NCBI RefSeq assembly: GCF_902713615.1
Contig: NC_052152.1
Span: forward strand, 65,506,818-65,570,817
Direction: 5' to 3'
DNA length: 64,000 nt
DNA from: Scyliorhinus canicula
Taxonomy: Eukaryota
Shown here: in pieces, positions 62,201-64,000 of the stretch
Layout: every line of letters begins with the position of its first letter
Numbering within the stretch: the first letter of the stretch is position 1
Program-made: the position numbers and the translations under genes
Notes under the pieces: generated by a model
Seen by the model: the letters and a program-made list of their open reading frames with translations, nothing else
Database searches by the model: none
Told to the model about the DNA's origin: nothing

Positions 62201-64000
62201 TAACAGGCTCTGCCTCTCCCTCCTCCGCATCACGTCAATGATACTGCTTGATAACAATAAAAGCAATTGCCAGCTCAACTTCTCCATGATTTTCCCGAAT
62301 CAAAAACTGAATGGACGTGAACATCAAAGTGAGGTATTCTAGCAATGCCCTGACCCACAGCCCCCTCAGGATCTGGGACATCCACCTATGTGCATCCCCC
62401 TCTGTGAGTACCTTGCCACTGAGCATCACTCCCTCCCCACTTGCCCACGGTTACCTCTCTTAATTCCACCTGAATGAAGCACTTCGATCCTCAAGAGACT
62501 CAGTGGACCCTGTGACTCCCCCAAGGGTGAGGAATGAGGGCAGTTGAGTGCATTCAATGGACCTACGTTCTAACATCATGGGAGAACGAGACTCTACCAT
62601 TCATCATCTGAACTGAGTGTCTGTTGAGCACGTTTACCATAATGCCTTGCATTGGGGGCCACATCTTTCTAGTATGAAAATGTGAGAATTAGCCTTGGAG
62701 TTCAATGCTTGCGGGCTAGGCTTGCAAATGGTTAACAATTGGGTTCCAATTAATTGTACGCTCATGCATTGCAATGCTGATTAAATTGCCACAATTGATT
62801 CATCAAGGAAGGGTCAGGGAAATGATTCAACAAGTGGCTTCCCCTTGTGGCAGGTAAGGCACACCTGATGCATGTGAAGACTCCAATTTGCAGTCAACTT
62901 CATCCTTCGAGAGCACCCTCAATCCCCCAGCTCTTAATCACGACTGTGGATTAAATGAGTCTTTCAACTTGAACAGCCAGCCACCCATACACAATCTCTG
63001 GCATAGTCTCAATAGAAAGCTCGTTCCTTCAGGCTTCAAAGTGTGGGGATTCATTCTAACTGCACTCTTCCTCCCTCTTGTGAGGGTCTTCAGTCCTCAT
63101 GAGGCTAGTAACCGCCCCATGTCAGAGTCAGCCTGGCATCTTATGGGACTCTACCTGGGAACCTCACAGTCACCCCCAGTGCTGAGCCTGTGGATTCACC
63201 TGCTCCCACCCACTTTCCAGCTGCCAGTCTCGAAGGGCAACCCCTCAGTGAGGGGCCTGAAAAATCGTAAAACGCAATCTCAACAGTGAAAATCGCGTTT
63301 CCTGATTCTCACACATTTTGTACCTGAATTGTCCTTTTCATTGATGGCTAACGCAGGATAAAAATCCCCCACATTGTTTGACTGTTGTGATTTGAAGAAA
63401 TTATAGAACCAAATAGGAACAATGTCCCGTAGCGAGTGAGGTTAGTATCACCGAGAAACTTAATGCTATCTAACAAAGCTCTGGTTAGATATGGGGCCTT
63501 CGCGGGGAATGTGTGGCCAAAGCCTAGTCCCATTTCCTCCACGGAGGAGCCCCACTCACCAAAACTCCTCAGTGCAGAGAGATTGGGGCGTCATTTTTAA
63601 ACATCCCCCTAAGCCACAACTAAGAGGTCCCTGGGGCCCCTACACCCTCTCCCCCCCACATCCAGGCAGGACAACCCTGGCCTGATCACTGCCATGCAGA
63701 AAATGCCAACTTGACACCCTGGAAGTGCCCCTGCCAGCTGGTAGTGCCATATGGGCAGCTTGGGTGCCAGACTTGCAGTGCCCAGATAGTACCAGCAATG
63801 CCAGGGTACCATCCTGCCAAGAGGACATTCACCTGGGGGTCTCCAATCCCCTGGGAGACTCCCACGAATGCTTTTCTATCTGTGGAGGCCAGTACTGAAT
63901 GGCGCTCGCCCGAGTTCTCCAAGGTGTAGGGGATATATCCCAATGCCTTGGTTATCTCAGGGAACTGTGTATTAAAGTGAGACGAGTTGTCTTGCTCTAA

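Larger units (their letters stand above)
52320..62500. mobile_element. Near-complete decayed autonomous Harbinger (Myb gene +, transposase -), split by a SINE and by Gypsy A/B
   Basis: Convergent Myb/SANT and HARBI1-like genes; the transposase is cut at TSD CTCAC. Outer boundaries approximate and TIRs not resolved. Confidence 0.75.

Noticed and set aside
1-64000. CRISPR array or prokaryotic system
   Set aside because: No regular repeat-spacer array. The content (spliceosomal exons, SINEs, LINEs) is vertebrate.
40646-64000. Signal-peptide exon of the CD200-like gene
   Set aside because: No phase-1 hydrophobic exon with good splice sites was found; it is probably outside the window or was missed.

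Overview
Repeat-dense vertebrate genomic DNA, very probably from a shark (cartilaginous fish), judged from abundant HE1/V-SINE-like elements, CR1/HER1-like LINEs and Harbinger relics. The species cannot be fixed from sequence alone. One host gene is supportable: a minus-strand CD200 (OX-2)-like type I membrane protein. Its exons are an Ig V domain (40310-40645), a TM exon (37198-37309), a candidate 33-nt micro-exon (12954-12986) and a candidate terminal exon (acceptor at 1993). I found no C2 exon and no leader exon. The rest is mostly transposable elements. There are four degenerate Ty3/Gypsy proviruses (19567-23952; 26855-31408; 55702-61862, with 56512-58736 nested inside it and the pair sitting inside a Harbinger transposase), a solo LTR, a full-length decayed L1, CR1/L2/Rex1 fragments, about 13 SINEs and many Harbinger-type MITEs. 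The most interesting signal is in two related Gypsy families that lack a tRNA primer-binding site. In each, the sequence 1 nt after the 5' LTR is the reverse complement of that LTR's own poly(A)-signal segment, with family-specific sequence but conserved geometry. This suggests self-priming and/or poly(A)-site occlusion. Also notable are a perfect 88-bp fold-back inside a Gypsy RNase H region and one SINE head/core carrying three different LINE-type tails.
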